DNA of 55,445 bases from an uncultured Bacilli bacterium (GTDB taxonomy: Bacteria; Bacillota_I; Bacilli_A; RF39; UBA660). The first letter of the stretch is position 1. The number at the start of each line of letters is the position of its first letter. Of this stretch, positions 1 to 9,010 are shown one piece after another. Under the pieces are notes generated by a model. The model saw only the letters and a program-made list of their open reading frames with translations. It ran no database searches and was not told where the DNA came from. The DNA lies in the NCBI GenBank assembly GCA_944329195.1, contig CALVHX010000003.1, positions 1 through 55,445 on the forward strand. Direction: 5' to 3'. A program made the position numbers and the translations under genes.

Positions 1-945
1 GTATTAAGAGAAGAGATAGAAGAGATAACGATAGCAGAAGATAATAATGTTCCAGAAGGAGTAGAGAGCGTAGATATCTCATCAAATAAAGATGGAAGTG
101 TAATGATGTGGTATGAAGACGCAGATGGAAATAATTTATATGAAGTATATATAGGAGGAATAAATGGACTAGTAAGAACTAATACTAGTGGAAGTGGATT
201 ATTTTCCTATTTAACAAATATAGAGAGTTTAGATTTAAGTAATTTAGATACATCATATATGACAAGTATGAGTTATATGTTCTATAATAGTAGTGGTCTT
301 AAAGAAATAAACTTAAGTAATTTTGATACAAGTAATGTTACGGATATGAAACAGATGTTTCGTGGATGCACTAATTTAACAAGCCTAGATTTAAGTAGCT
401 TTAATACAAGTAGTCTCACGGATGTGACGCAAATGTTTCGTGGATGTACTAATTTAACAAGTTTAGATGTAAGTAGCTTTGACACAAGTAATGTAACTAA
501 TATGGCTGGTATGTTTTATGGGTGTTCGAGTTTAACGAGTCTAGATTTAAGTAACTTTAATACGTCAAATGTTACTTCGATGGGAAGTTTTATGAACGGC
601 GGGATGTTTGAAGGGTGTAGTAGTTTAACAAGTTTAGATTTATTTAGTTTTGATACATCTAGTGTAACTAATATGGAAAGAATGTTTTCTGATTGTAGTA
701 GTTTGAAAGAGTTAGACTTGAGTAACTTTTATACAACTAGTTTATTTCAAGCGGATATGTTGTTTAGTGGCTGTAGTAGTTTAAGATTACTAGATATAAG
801 AAATTTTTCTTTTGGTACAATGGGCTATTCTCTATGGAATGGATTTAATAGCGTACCGAGTGATGCAACTATCTATGTTATAGATGATTCTACGAAGAAC
901 TGGCTAAATAGTGAGTACAATTTAACTAATGTTATAGTAGTTTGA
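1..945 (+). CDS. BspA-type leucine-rich repeat (DUF285) surface protein, 5'-truncated by window edge
   Basis: Frame 1 is open from base 1 (VLREEIEEITIAEDNN...) to TGA 945. Repeated 26-aa units MFxGCxxLTSLDLSxFDTSxVTxM. Confidence 0.9.
   Translation, partial: VLREEIEEITIAEDNNVPEGVESVDISSNKDGSVMMWYEDADGNNLYEVYIGGINGLVRTNTSGSGLFSYLTNIESLDLSNLDTSYMTSMSYMFYNSSGLKEINLSNFDTSNVTDMKQMFRGCTNLTSLDLSSFNTSSLTDVTQMFRGCTNLTSLDVSSFDTSNVTNMAGMFYGCSSLTSLDLSNFNTSNVTSMGSFMNGGMFEGCSSLTSLDLFSFDTSSVTNMERMFSDCSSLKELDLSNFYTTSLFQADMLFSGCSSLRLLDIRNFSFGTMGYSLWNGFNSVPSDATIYVIDDSTKNWLNSEYNLTNVIVV
223..810 (+). repeat. Degenerate 78-bp (26-aa) LRR tandem repeats
   Basis: atgtttcgtggatgYactaatttaacaag occurs at 355 and 433, 78 bp apart. 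Similar units flank these. Confidence 0.85.
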
Positions 946-966
946 ATGTTAGTGATTTATATATGT

Positions 967-1016
967 AAGATAAATACATGGTATTTAAGAAGTAATGTGT
1001 TTATCTTTCTTTTTTA
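967..1016 (+). terminator. Intrinsic terminator after LRR gene
   Basis: aagataaatacat / atgtgtttatctt stem followed by a T-rich tract. Confidence 0.6.
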
Positions 1017-1078
1017 TACAATGAGAGCTTAACAAAATAATTTTTTTATCTTTCTATTTTTAATAAATTCAATAGTTT

Positions 1079-1375
1079 TTGATACTTCTATTGGTAACAA
1101 GCAACGAAAATCAGCTATTAATGTTAGAAATTAAAGATGTTTCTTTAACTTTTATTATCACTGGAAATAAAAAAATGCGAGATACATCATTAAGAGATTT
1201 AAAAAGACTTGTAGATAGATATCAAATAAAACTTGATGTTCCTAAATTAAGACAAATGGAGTGCTGGCAAAATTTTGATATTACTACATTATCTTTAAAT
1301 GATTATTCCATTTATTTACCTACTATAACATTAAGTGCAGTAGGAAAACTTGGTGGTAACGACAAGGCGTGGTAA
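1079..1375 (+). CDS. Hypothetical protein or gene remnant
   Basis: 98-codon ORF with no clear RBS and no recognisable motif. Confidence 0.3.
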   Translation: MILLLVTSNENQLLMLEIKDVSLTFIITGNKKMRDTSLRDLKRLVDRYQIKLDVPKLRQMECWQNFDITTLSLNDYSIYLPTITLSAVGKLGGNDKAW

Positions 1376-1486
1376 AACTTGTTTTACCTTTTGTTCTGGA
1401 TTGAATGTTTATTATTTTTTTTCTACTCATTTACTTTTTGTTAAAGTAATGATATAATTGGTTATAGTTATAGAAGGATTGATGTT

Positions 1487-3682
1487 ATGAGTAAAAAGAA
1501 GAAAAAGAAAGATAGTGAAAAGAAAAAATTTGAGTATAGTAATGAAGTTGTGGGTATTATTTTAATTCTTTCTGCAATTATTGGGATTGGTGGATATGGT
1601 CCTGCGGGGAATTTTATTAGATCTTTTGCTGTTTTTTTAGTTGGAAATATTTATATATTTTTATTGGTAGCGGTTCTTTGTTTAGGTGGCTATCTTATTG
1701 TAAAAAGAAAAAGTCCTAATTTTTTTAGTTTAAGATGGATTGGTTTATATATTATTGTTGTATCATTTTTGATACTTCTACATGTTAAGTATATTACAAA
1801 TAATTCACAAGAAGGGGTAAAGATAATTACTGAAACATTTAATAATTTATTATTAACTTTTAAAAGTACTGCGGCTATATCTAATAGTGGTGGTGGAATT
1901 ATAGGGGCACTATTTACATTTCTTTTTTATAGTTTATTTAGAGATGGAACAACAATTGTTGTTGTTACTATGATAGTAATAGGGGTTATTTTGCTCTTTA
2001 ATACTAGTTTGATTGAGCTTTTGAAGAAGACAAAGCTTCCTAAATTTAAGAAAAAGGAAAGAAGTGTTAAAGATGATTCTGAAGATGAAGTAGATAAACG
2101 AATTATTGTTTCTAGTTCTAAAGACATAGATAAGATTCCTGATAAGGAAATTACTGAGCCTGATATTCCGATTAAATCTATTTCTTCATCTGCTGATAGT
2201 GTAGATAGTATTTCTGAAGTTGAAAAGCCTGTTGTCAATGTTAATTATAAGTTACCGCCTCTTTCTTTACTGAAGCTTTCTAAAGGCAACAATGATAAGG
2301 AAAATGTTGAATCTGTTAAACAAAATATTGCTACTTTAGAGAAGGTTCTTATGGATTTTGATATACCTGGTAAAATAAAAGAGTGTCATATTGGACCTTC
2401 TGTAACTCAATATGAACTTGAATTGCAGGCTGGTACTAAAGTTAATAAGCTTCTATCTATTCAAAAGGAGATTGCCCTTAATTTGGCTGCTAAAGATGTA
2501 AGGATTCAGGCACCGATTCCTGGAAAGAGTACGATTGGAATTGAACTTCCAAATAAAGTAAATTCGGCTGTTTCTTTTAGAGAAGTACTTAGTAAACTGC
2601 CAGAGGTTAATGAAAAGACACTTTTGGCGGTTGGTTTGGGTAAAGATATTATGGGAATTGTCAAGTGGGCTGAAATTAATGCAACTCCGCATCTTTTGAT
2701 AGCTGGTGCGACTGGTAGCGGTAAGTCTGTCTGTATTAATTGTATAATTGCTTCGATACTTATGAGAACTAAGCCAGATGAAGTTAAGCTTGTCATGGTG
2801 GATCCAAAAAAGGTAGAGCTTTCCATGTACAATGGTGTTCCTCATCTTCTTACTCCAGTAGTTACCGATCCTAAAAAGGCTTCGATAGCTCTTAAGAATA
2901 TTGTCGCTGAGATGGAAAGAAGGTATCAGGTATTTGAAGATACTAAGTGTAAAAATATTGCTTCATATAATAAAATGTGTGAAACAAATACGGATTATCA
3001 AAAAATGCCATATATCGTTTTTATAATAGATGAGCTTGCTGATCTTATGTTAGTAGCTGCTAAAGACGTTGAAGATTCAATAATGAGAATTACGCAGATG
3101 GCAAGAGCGGCAGGTATTCACTTAATTGTTGCAACTCAAAGGCCCTCTACTGATGTAATAACTGGTGTGGTTAAAGCTAATATTCCATCGCGTATATCTT
3201 TTGCGGTGTCATCTTCTATTGATTCTAGAACAATTTTAGATCAGACAGGAGCAGAAAAACTTTTAGGTAAAGGTGATATGCTATTTAAACCGATGGGAGA
3301 AAATGTTCCTATTAGAATACAGGGGGCTTATGTAAGTGATGAAGAGTTACAAAAAATAGTTGATTTTACAATATCTCAACAGAAAGCTAATTATGATCAC
3401 TCTCTTACTGAAGAGAAAGGAGAAGGATCTGATGCTGGAAAATATGATGATGGATATGAATCAAAAGAGGAATATGATGATCCCCTCTACAATGATATAG
3501 TTGATTTTGCTATGGAATTTGGAAAGATTTCTGCTTCATTGATACAGAGAAAATATCGTATTGGTTATAATAGAGCGGCTAGAATAGTGGATCTTCTCGA
3601 AGAAAGGGGCATAATAGGTCCACAAAATGGGTCAAAGCCTAGGGAAGTATTAATAAAGAAAGATAGTAATGATGGTGAATAG
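1487..3682 (+). CDS. ftsK: DNA translocase FtsK/SpoIIIE
   Basis: N-terminal TM segments, Walker A GATGSGKS, IIDELADLM, ATQRPS, C-terminal gamma domain (GYNRAARIVD). Confidence 0.97.
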   Translation: MSKKKKKKDSEKKKFEYSNEVVGIILILSAIIGIGGYGPAGNFIRSFAVFLVGNIYIFLLVAVLCLGGYLIVKRKSPNFFSLRWIGLYIIVVSFLILLHVKYITNNSQEGVKIITETFNNLLLTFKSTAAISNSGGGIIGALFTFLFYSLFRDGTTIVVVTMIVIGVILLFNTSLIELLKKTKLPKFKKKERSVKDDSEDEVDKRIIVSSSKDIDKIPDKEITEPDIPIKSISSSADSVDSISEVEKPVVNVNYKLPPLSLLKLSKGNNDKENVESVKQNIATLEKVLMDFDIPGKIKECHIGPSVTQYELELQAGTKVNKLLSIQKEIALNLAAKDVRIQAPIPGKSTIGIELPNKVNSAVSFREVLSKLPEVNEKTLLAVGLGKDIMGIVKWAEINATPHLLIAGATGSGKSVCINCIIASILMRTKPDEVKLVMVDPKKVELSMYNGVPHLLTPVVTDPKKASIALKNIVAEMERRYQVFEDTKCKNIASYNKMCETNTDYQKMPYIVFIIDELADLMLVAAKDVEDSIMRITQMARAAGIHLIVATQRPSTDVITGVVKANIPSRISFAVSSSIDSRTILDQTGAEKLLGKGDMLFKPMGENVPIRIQGAYVSDEELQKIVDFTISQQKANYDHSLTEEKGEGSDAGKYDDGYESKEEYDDPLYNDIVDFAMEFGKISASLIQRKYRIGYNRAARIVDLLEERGIIGPQNGSKPREVLIKKDSNDGE

Positions 3683-3745
3683 ATGTCATTATTATCTTGA
3701 ATATTAAAGTCTTTGTAATAAAGGATGATTTATTTATTCAAATGG

Positions 3746-3774
3746 TTGATATTTGAGTAAAAATATTATATAAT
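3746..3774 (+). promoter_or_regulatory. SigA-type promoter of yceD-rpmF
   Basis: TTGATA-17 bp-TATAAT. Confidence 0.55.
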
Positions 3775-3794
3775 TATTAAGCGGGTGAAATTTT

Positions 3795-4265
3795 ATGATA
3801 ATAGAATTATTTGATCTTACTAGTAAGGGGAAGAAAGTAAATATTGATGGTGATGTTAATATTTCGAAGGAACTTTTAGATGCTAGTACGATTAGAAGAT
3901 TAAATAATGTTCACTTTAAAGGTTATATTGATAAACTCATCGATGATAGTTATGTGCTAGCGGGCGTACTATCTGGTACAATGATTATTCCTGATGATAT
4001 AACATTTGAAGATTTTGAGTATAATTTTACAAGTGAAATAGAAGAAAATATTGAAGAAACAAGAATAAATTTCCAAAAAACTATTGATATTACTGAAGAT
4101 TTATGGCAAAATATTCTTGTGGAGATTCCTCTTAAAGCTGTCAATGAGAAAAATAAAAACTTGAAGCTTAAGGGTGATGGATGGAGACTAATAAGTGAGG
4201 ATGATATTACAAGTAATGAAAATAATCCTTTAAGTAGTCTTGAAGAAATGTTTAGGAAGGAGTGA
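3795..4265 (+). CDS. yceD: YceD/DUF177 family protein
   Basis: [18 protein letters not shown] motif; immediately upstream of rpmF, the usual synteny. Confidence 0.88.
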   Translation: MIIELFDLTSKGKKVNIDGDVNISKELLDASTIRRLNNVHFKGYIDKLIDDSYVLAGVLSGTMIIPDDITFEDFEYNFTSEIEENIEETRINFQKTIDITEDLWQNILVEIPLKAVNEKNKNLKLKGDGWRLISEDDITSNENNPLSSLEEMFRKE

Positions 4266-4270
4266 AGGAT

Positions 4271-4513
4271 ATGGCAGTTCCATTTAGAAAAGTTAGTAAA
4301 ACTAGAAAAAATATGAGAAGAACTCACTATAAAATTACCGCTAATGGTCTAGTTGAGTGTACTAACTGTGGGGCTAAAATAAGACCTCATAGAGCATGTC
4401 CAGAATGTGGATTTTATAAGGGAGCAGATACTTCTAAAGAAGAAGTGGTAAAAGCTACAGAAGAAAAGAAAGTTTCTAAAAAAGAAAAAACTTCAAAAAA
4501 GGTAGAAGAGTAG
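4271..4513 (+). CDS. rpmF: 50S ribosomal protein L32 with K/E-rich C-terminal extension
   Basis: [19 protein letters not shown], CxxC...[12 protein letters not shown]; ATG at 4271 after a purine-rich RBS. Confidence 0.96.
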   Translation: MAVPFRKVSKTRKNMRRTHYKITANGLVECTNCGAKIRPHRACPECGFYKGADTSKEEVVKATEEKKVSKKEKTSKKVEE

Positions 4514-4590
4514 TATAGAGCAGTACAACGGTGTTTTTGTGCTGTTTTTTAGTAATAAGTAGAGTTATTTAAGTGTTAAGGAGAGGGAAA

Positions 4591-6585
4591 ATGGATAAGA
4601 AAAATTGGACTGGTTATCCACATATAGATAGACCATGGATGCAGTATTATAAAGAAGGTGCAGATAAAATTAGAATACCTAATATTAATTTAAAAGAATA
4701 TTTAGAAGGGAAAAATATAGGTAGAGAATCATTAATAGCGGAAAGTTATTATGGTAGAAAAACTTCTTATAGAGAATTTTTTGATGGTTGCGATCTTGCA
4801 TCGAAAGCGCTTTCACAAGTTGGTGTTAAAAAAGGGGATATGATAATGTTTTTAGTTCCTAATATCCCTGAAACTTCGAGGTTGTGGCTTGGAGCTACTC
4901 AGTTGGGAGCAATATCTGACTTTGTTGATCCAAGGCCTGATAGTATGAATATAGAAGCCAATGCAAGAAAGGTTTTGGAATTAATAAAATACGAGAAGGC
5001 AAATTATATTGTTGCATTAGATAAATGTTATTTAGGTATGTTAAAACCTATTGAAAATGAGCTTAAAGAATTGGGAATAGATACTATAATATTACTATCT
5101 GCTACTGATTCAATGAATTTGTCTGGTAAGATAGATTATTTAAAAGATGTAATAAATTATAAGAAAATAGAGAATATGCGAATTACAGATGAAGCTGTAA
5201 AATTAAATATTTACAGAACTTTATCTGATAAGCTTAAAGCGATGAAGGGGGAAAATAAGCGCCTTACAGAAGCGTTAAAATCATCGCCTTTAAGGATTAT
5301 TAAATATGCTGATTTAGTTAGAGAATGTGCAAATTCTAGGTTTGATGTGGTAAGTGAAGCGGATCTTATAAATTATATAGGTCATACTTCTGGAACTAGT
5401 GGATCTAGACCTAAACCTATTACTGCCACTAATAGAAATGGAATGTCGACCCTAGAGCAATTAATAAAGGGAAATGTCAGTTTTGAAAAGGGCGATAGAG
5501 TACTTCATGTTTTGCCATACTTTGCTCCTTTTGGTGCTTATGATAATTTTTTATTAAATCTTGCTAGTGGTTCTATTGATATATGCGTTCCAGAATTTAA
5601 AATTAGTGAATTTGGATATTTAATAAAAAAACATCTTCCAAATGTAATTGTAGGAACTCCAGCATGGCTAGCGGCTCTTCCTGGATGTGATTATCTTGAA
5701 AATATGGATCTTTCATGTATTAAAAGAATAATTTATGGAGGAGATTCTATGACAGTTGCTGATGAAGAACATTTAAATGAATGGCTAAAGAAGCATGGTA
5801 GTAAGGCTGTAGTCGAAAAGGGTCACGGAATGAGTGAATTTTTGGGTTGTGGTTCTTATGCACAAAAAAGTTATAATTCACCTGGTTCTATTGGGATACC
5901 TTTGCCAAAAACAATATATGCAATAGCTGATCCTGATAAAGAAGAATTGGTGCCATTGAAGTTTGAAGATGGTCAAGAATTTTTGGAAGGAGAATTAATA
6001 GTGTCATCTGAAGCTGTTACTCTTGGTATATTGCATGGTGAAATTATTGTTCCACGTTATAAGTTGGACGGAAAAAAATTTATAAAAACTGGTGATATTG
6101 CTCGTATGTATAGAAATGGCGAATTTTATATCATAAATAGGATGAACCGCATGTTTACTAGAGTTGATGGGTTTAAAGTAAAGCCTTATGAGATTGAAAG
6201 GGAGATACTAAAAAATCCAAAAGTGAAATATGCTTGTGTTGTTGGTTATCATGATGAGAAGAGAAGAGGGCTTATGCCAATTTGTCATGTTGTTTTAGAT
6301 AAAGTGTATAGTCAGGAAGAAGCATTAGAAATTGTTAAAGATATTGTATATAATATAATTGGCAATCCAAATATGTCCTCAAGGCAAATACCTGCTAAGT
6401 TTAAAGTAAGAGCGGAGATGCCACTTTCTAAGAATAGTAAAGTAGACTATAGAGCTTTGGAAAGGGAAGGCTTAACTGGAGAAGAAATTAATGTTGATGT
6501 TGAAGAAACAAACTTACGAGTTGGTGCTATAGAAATATATACTTCAAATATAGGTAAGGCACGCACTAGAGCAAAAAAAGATTAG
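4591..6585 (+). CDS. Class I adenylate-forming enzyme (acyl-CoA synthetase-like)
   Basis: HTSGTSGSRPK P-loop, GHGMSE, KTGDIA, GFKVKPYEIE, SKNSKVD; ATG 4591 after GGAGAGG. Confidence 0.9.
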   Translation: MDKKNWTGYPHIDRPWMQYYKEGADKIRIPNINLKEYLEGKNIGRESLIAESYYGRKTSYREFFDGCDLASKALSQVGVKKGDMIMFLVPNIPETSRLWLGATQLGAISDFVDPRPDSMNIEANARKVLELIKYEKANYIVALDKCYLGMLKPIENELKELGIDTIILLSATDSMNLSGKIDYLKDVINYKKIENMRITDEAVKLNIYRTLSDKLKAMKGENKRLTEALKSSPLRIIKYADLVRECANSRFDVVSEADLINYIGHTSGTSGSRPKPITATNRNGMSTLEQLIKGNVSFEKGDRVLHVLPYFAPFGAYDNFLLNLASGSIDICVPEFKISEFGYLIKKHLPNVIVGTPAWLAALPGCDYLENMDLSCIKRIIYGGDSMTVADEEHLNEWLKKHGSKAVVEKGHGMSEFLGCGSYAQKSYNSPGSIGIPLPKTIYAIADPDKEELVPLKFEDGQEFLEGELIVSSEAVTLGILHGEIIVPRYKLDGKKFIKTGDIARMYRNGEFYIINRMNRMFTRVDGFKVKPYEIEREILKNPKVKYACVVGYHDEKRRGLMPICHVVLDKVYSQEEALEIVKDIVYNIIGNPNMSSRQIPAKFKVRAEMPLSKNSKVDYRALEREGLTGEEINVDVEETNLRVGAIEIYTSNIGKARTRAKKD

Positions 6586-6596
6586 AAGGGTGAAAA

Positions 6597-8402
6597 ATGG
6601 AAAGTATAGCTGGATTTTTATTAATAAATATATATGCTCTTTTACTTATAATAGCTACTTGTATAATATTTTTTAGTAAGCAAAGAGCTAGACAAGTAGA
6701 AGATGAGATATATAAAAATTTTCTTTTAACTAATGTGTTCATGTCTATTAGCGGATTGATTCTTGGAATATTTGTAAGTCCTGACTTTTTTAATAGATCT
6801 ATCGTTGTAATATTTAACAAGCTATACTTAATAAGTTTACTTTTATGGATATATCTTTTAACAGTATATACTGTATACATATCGTTAAAAGACAAAATAA
6901 AGAAGTATAGAAAACTGGGGAATATACTAATTGTAATAAGTGTCATACTTATTATAGTTTTGCCGATAGAAGTTAATTTAACAGAAGGCGCTTCTGCTGT
7001 TGCAACAGGTCCTAGTGTGATGATTACTTATTTAGTAGCGGGAGTAGGATTTCTGATACAAATAATATCATTATTTTTGAACTATAAAAATTTAAAAAGT
7101 AAGAAATATATACCACTTTATTTATTAATTATTTTGGGTACTTTAGTGCTCGTTATACAGATTGTAAATCCTACGCTTAATTATTTGATAAATCCTATCT
7201 TGATATTTATTGCATATATAATGTATTTTACGATAGAAAATCCTGATGCTAAGGTTCTCGAAGAAGTACATAAGGCTAAGGAAATATCAGATAATGCTAA
7301 TGAAGAGAAGGCTATATTCTTATATAACATGACTAATGAAATTAGAAGTATTACAAAAGATATAGATGACTCTGCCGATAGTATTATAAATGCAATAGGT
7401 AGTGAAAAGATAGATGTAGAGGAGATTGGTTATTCTGCGAGAGATATTAAGACAAGTACATCTAAATTTACGATGATGACTAATGAGATATTAGATATCT
7501 CTCAAGTAGATAGTACAAATATTAAAATATATAATGATAAATATAATATTAAGTTAATAATTAAAGAATTAGTTCAAAAATACAAAAGAGAATGTGAAAA
7601 TAAGAATTTAGATTTTAGAAGCAATATTGCTAGTGATGTGCCAGAGTACTTATATGGGGATAGTGTTGGATTAAAAAAGGCTTTATCTATAATATTAGAT
7701 AATAGTATAAAGTATACAAACGATGGATTTATAGAGTTTAGTGTCAATATTATAAAAAAGCGTGATGTATGCAGACTTATAATAAGTGTGGAAGACTCTG
7801 GCGTAGGAATAAAAGCAGAAGATCTGTTCAAGATATTTAGTAAGAAACAAGAGGATAGAGAAGATAATAGACATAATTTAGATAGTAACTTATACAATGC
7901 TAAAAGGTTGATAACTTTGATGAATGGTACAATAATACCGAATAGTGTATATGATAAGGGTACTACTATTAAAGTTGTCTTGGATCAGAAAATGGTCGAT
8001 ATTGATACCAGCGGACTTAATAAGTATGAAAAGGTATACGATAAGAAAAAAATATTACTAGTAGATGATAATGAATCAAGTGTAAAGATAATAAGTAAGT
8101 TATTGGATGGTACTAATATTATTTTAGATACGGTATCTTTAGGTAGTGAATGTTTAGATAAGATAAGAAACAAAGAAAAATATGATTTAATATTGCTAGA
8201 TGAAGAGATGAAGCCACTCGATGGTATTACTGTAATGAGAAAATTAAAGAGTATTAGAACATTTAATACTAATGTGATACTTCTTACCCGTAATAATAAT
8301 CACGAATATGATGAGAGTTATTTAAAATATGGATTTGTCGATTATATATTAAAACCGATAGATAAGGATAAGTTATTAGAAAAAATAAGTAAATATGTGT
8401 AG
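6597..8402 (+). CDS. Hybrid membrane sensor kinase-receiver protein with degenerate H-box
   Basis: About 7 TM N-terminus, FLYNMTNEIRS, ILDNSIKYT, VEDSGVGI, receiver (LLVDD, LILLDEEM, YILKP). Confidence 0.85.
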   Translation: MESIAGFLLINIYALLLIIATCIIFFSKQRARQVEDEIYKNFLLTNVFMSISGLILGIFVSPDFFNRSIVVIFNKLYLISLLLWIYLLTVYTVYISLKDKIKKYRKLGNILIVISVILIIVLPIEVNLTEGASAVATGPSVMITYLVAGVGFLIQIISLFLNYKNLKSKKYIPLYLLIILGTLVLVIQIVNPTLNYLINPILIFIAYIMYFTIENPDAKVLEEVHKAKEISDNANEEKAIFLYNMTNEIRSITKDIDDSADSIINAIGSEKIDVEEIGYSARDIKTSTSKFTMMTNEILDISQVDSTNIKIYNDKYNIKLIIKELVQKYKRECENKNLDFRSNIASDVPEYLYGDSVGLKKALSIILDNSIKYTNDGFIEFSVNIIKKRDVCRLIISVEDSGVGIKAEDLFKIFSKKQEDREDNRHNLDSNLYNAKRLITLMNGTIIPNSVYDKGTTIKVVLDQKMVDIDTSGLNKYEKVYDKKKILLVDDNESSVKIISKLLDGTNIILDTVSLGSECLDKIRNKEKYDLILLDEEMKPLDGITVMRKLKSIRTFNTNVILLTRNNNHEYDESYLKYGFVDYILKPIDKDKLLEKISKYV

Positions 8403-8568
8403 AATATTTAAAGATCAGTCAATTAATTTTGAACTGATTTTTTAATATGGAATAGTATTTAAATTTATAGAAAAATATCTAGATATGTCGAAATAGTATT
8501 TTTTCCTTTACTTTTATATAGTTAGTTGATATACTTTAGATGTAATAGTAGTAATAAAGGAGAAAGTT

Positions 8569-8952
8569 ATGATAGGAGTTCATACTGTTGATATTACTAA
8601 TATAAAAAAAATACTTAAAAGTTGTCCTTATTATGATGAAATTGTTAACTATGAATTTGATTATAATGATAAGATGACAATTAATCTTATTGATTGGTAT
8701 AAGGATCTTATTTTTTCTTGTAATGGTGATGATGATAGTGATATTAAAATTATATCACAAATAGATAGATGCTTGTATTTATATATTAAAGATAATAAAT
8801 TTAAAATGGGATTGAAAAATAGAATTGATACTGAAGACGTAGAATTTAATAATGAATGGATAAGTAAATATTTAGTAGATGTTATTGTTAATTTTACAGA
8901 AGAATATGAAAATTTAAAAATCTTAGATTTTACTAGTAGCAGGTGGATATAA
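8569..8952 (+). CDS. Hypothetical protein
   Basis: 127-aa ORF with AAGGAG RBS. Confidence 0.7.
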   Translation: MIGVHTVDITNIKKILKSCPYYDEIVNYEFDYNDKMTINLIDWYKDLIFSCNGDDDSDIKIISQIDRCLYLYIKDNKFKMGLKNRIDTEDVEFNNEWISKYLVDVIVNFTEEYENLKILDFTSSRWI

Positions 8953-9010
8953 TTAAGGTATTTTAAGATCAATTTTATTTTTATGATATAATGGTTATAG
9001 GTGTTAAGTT

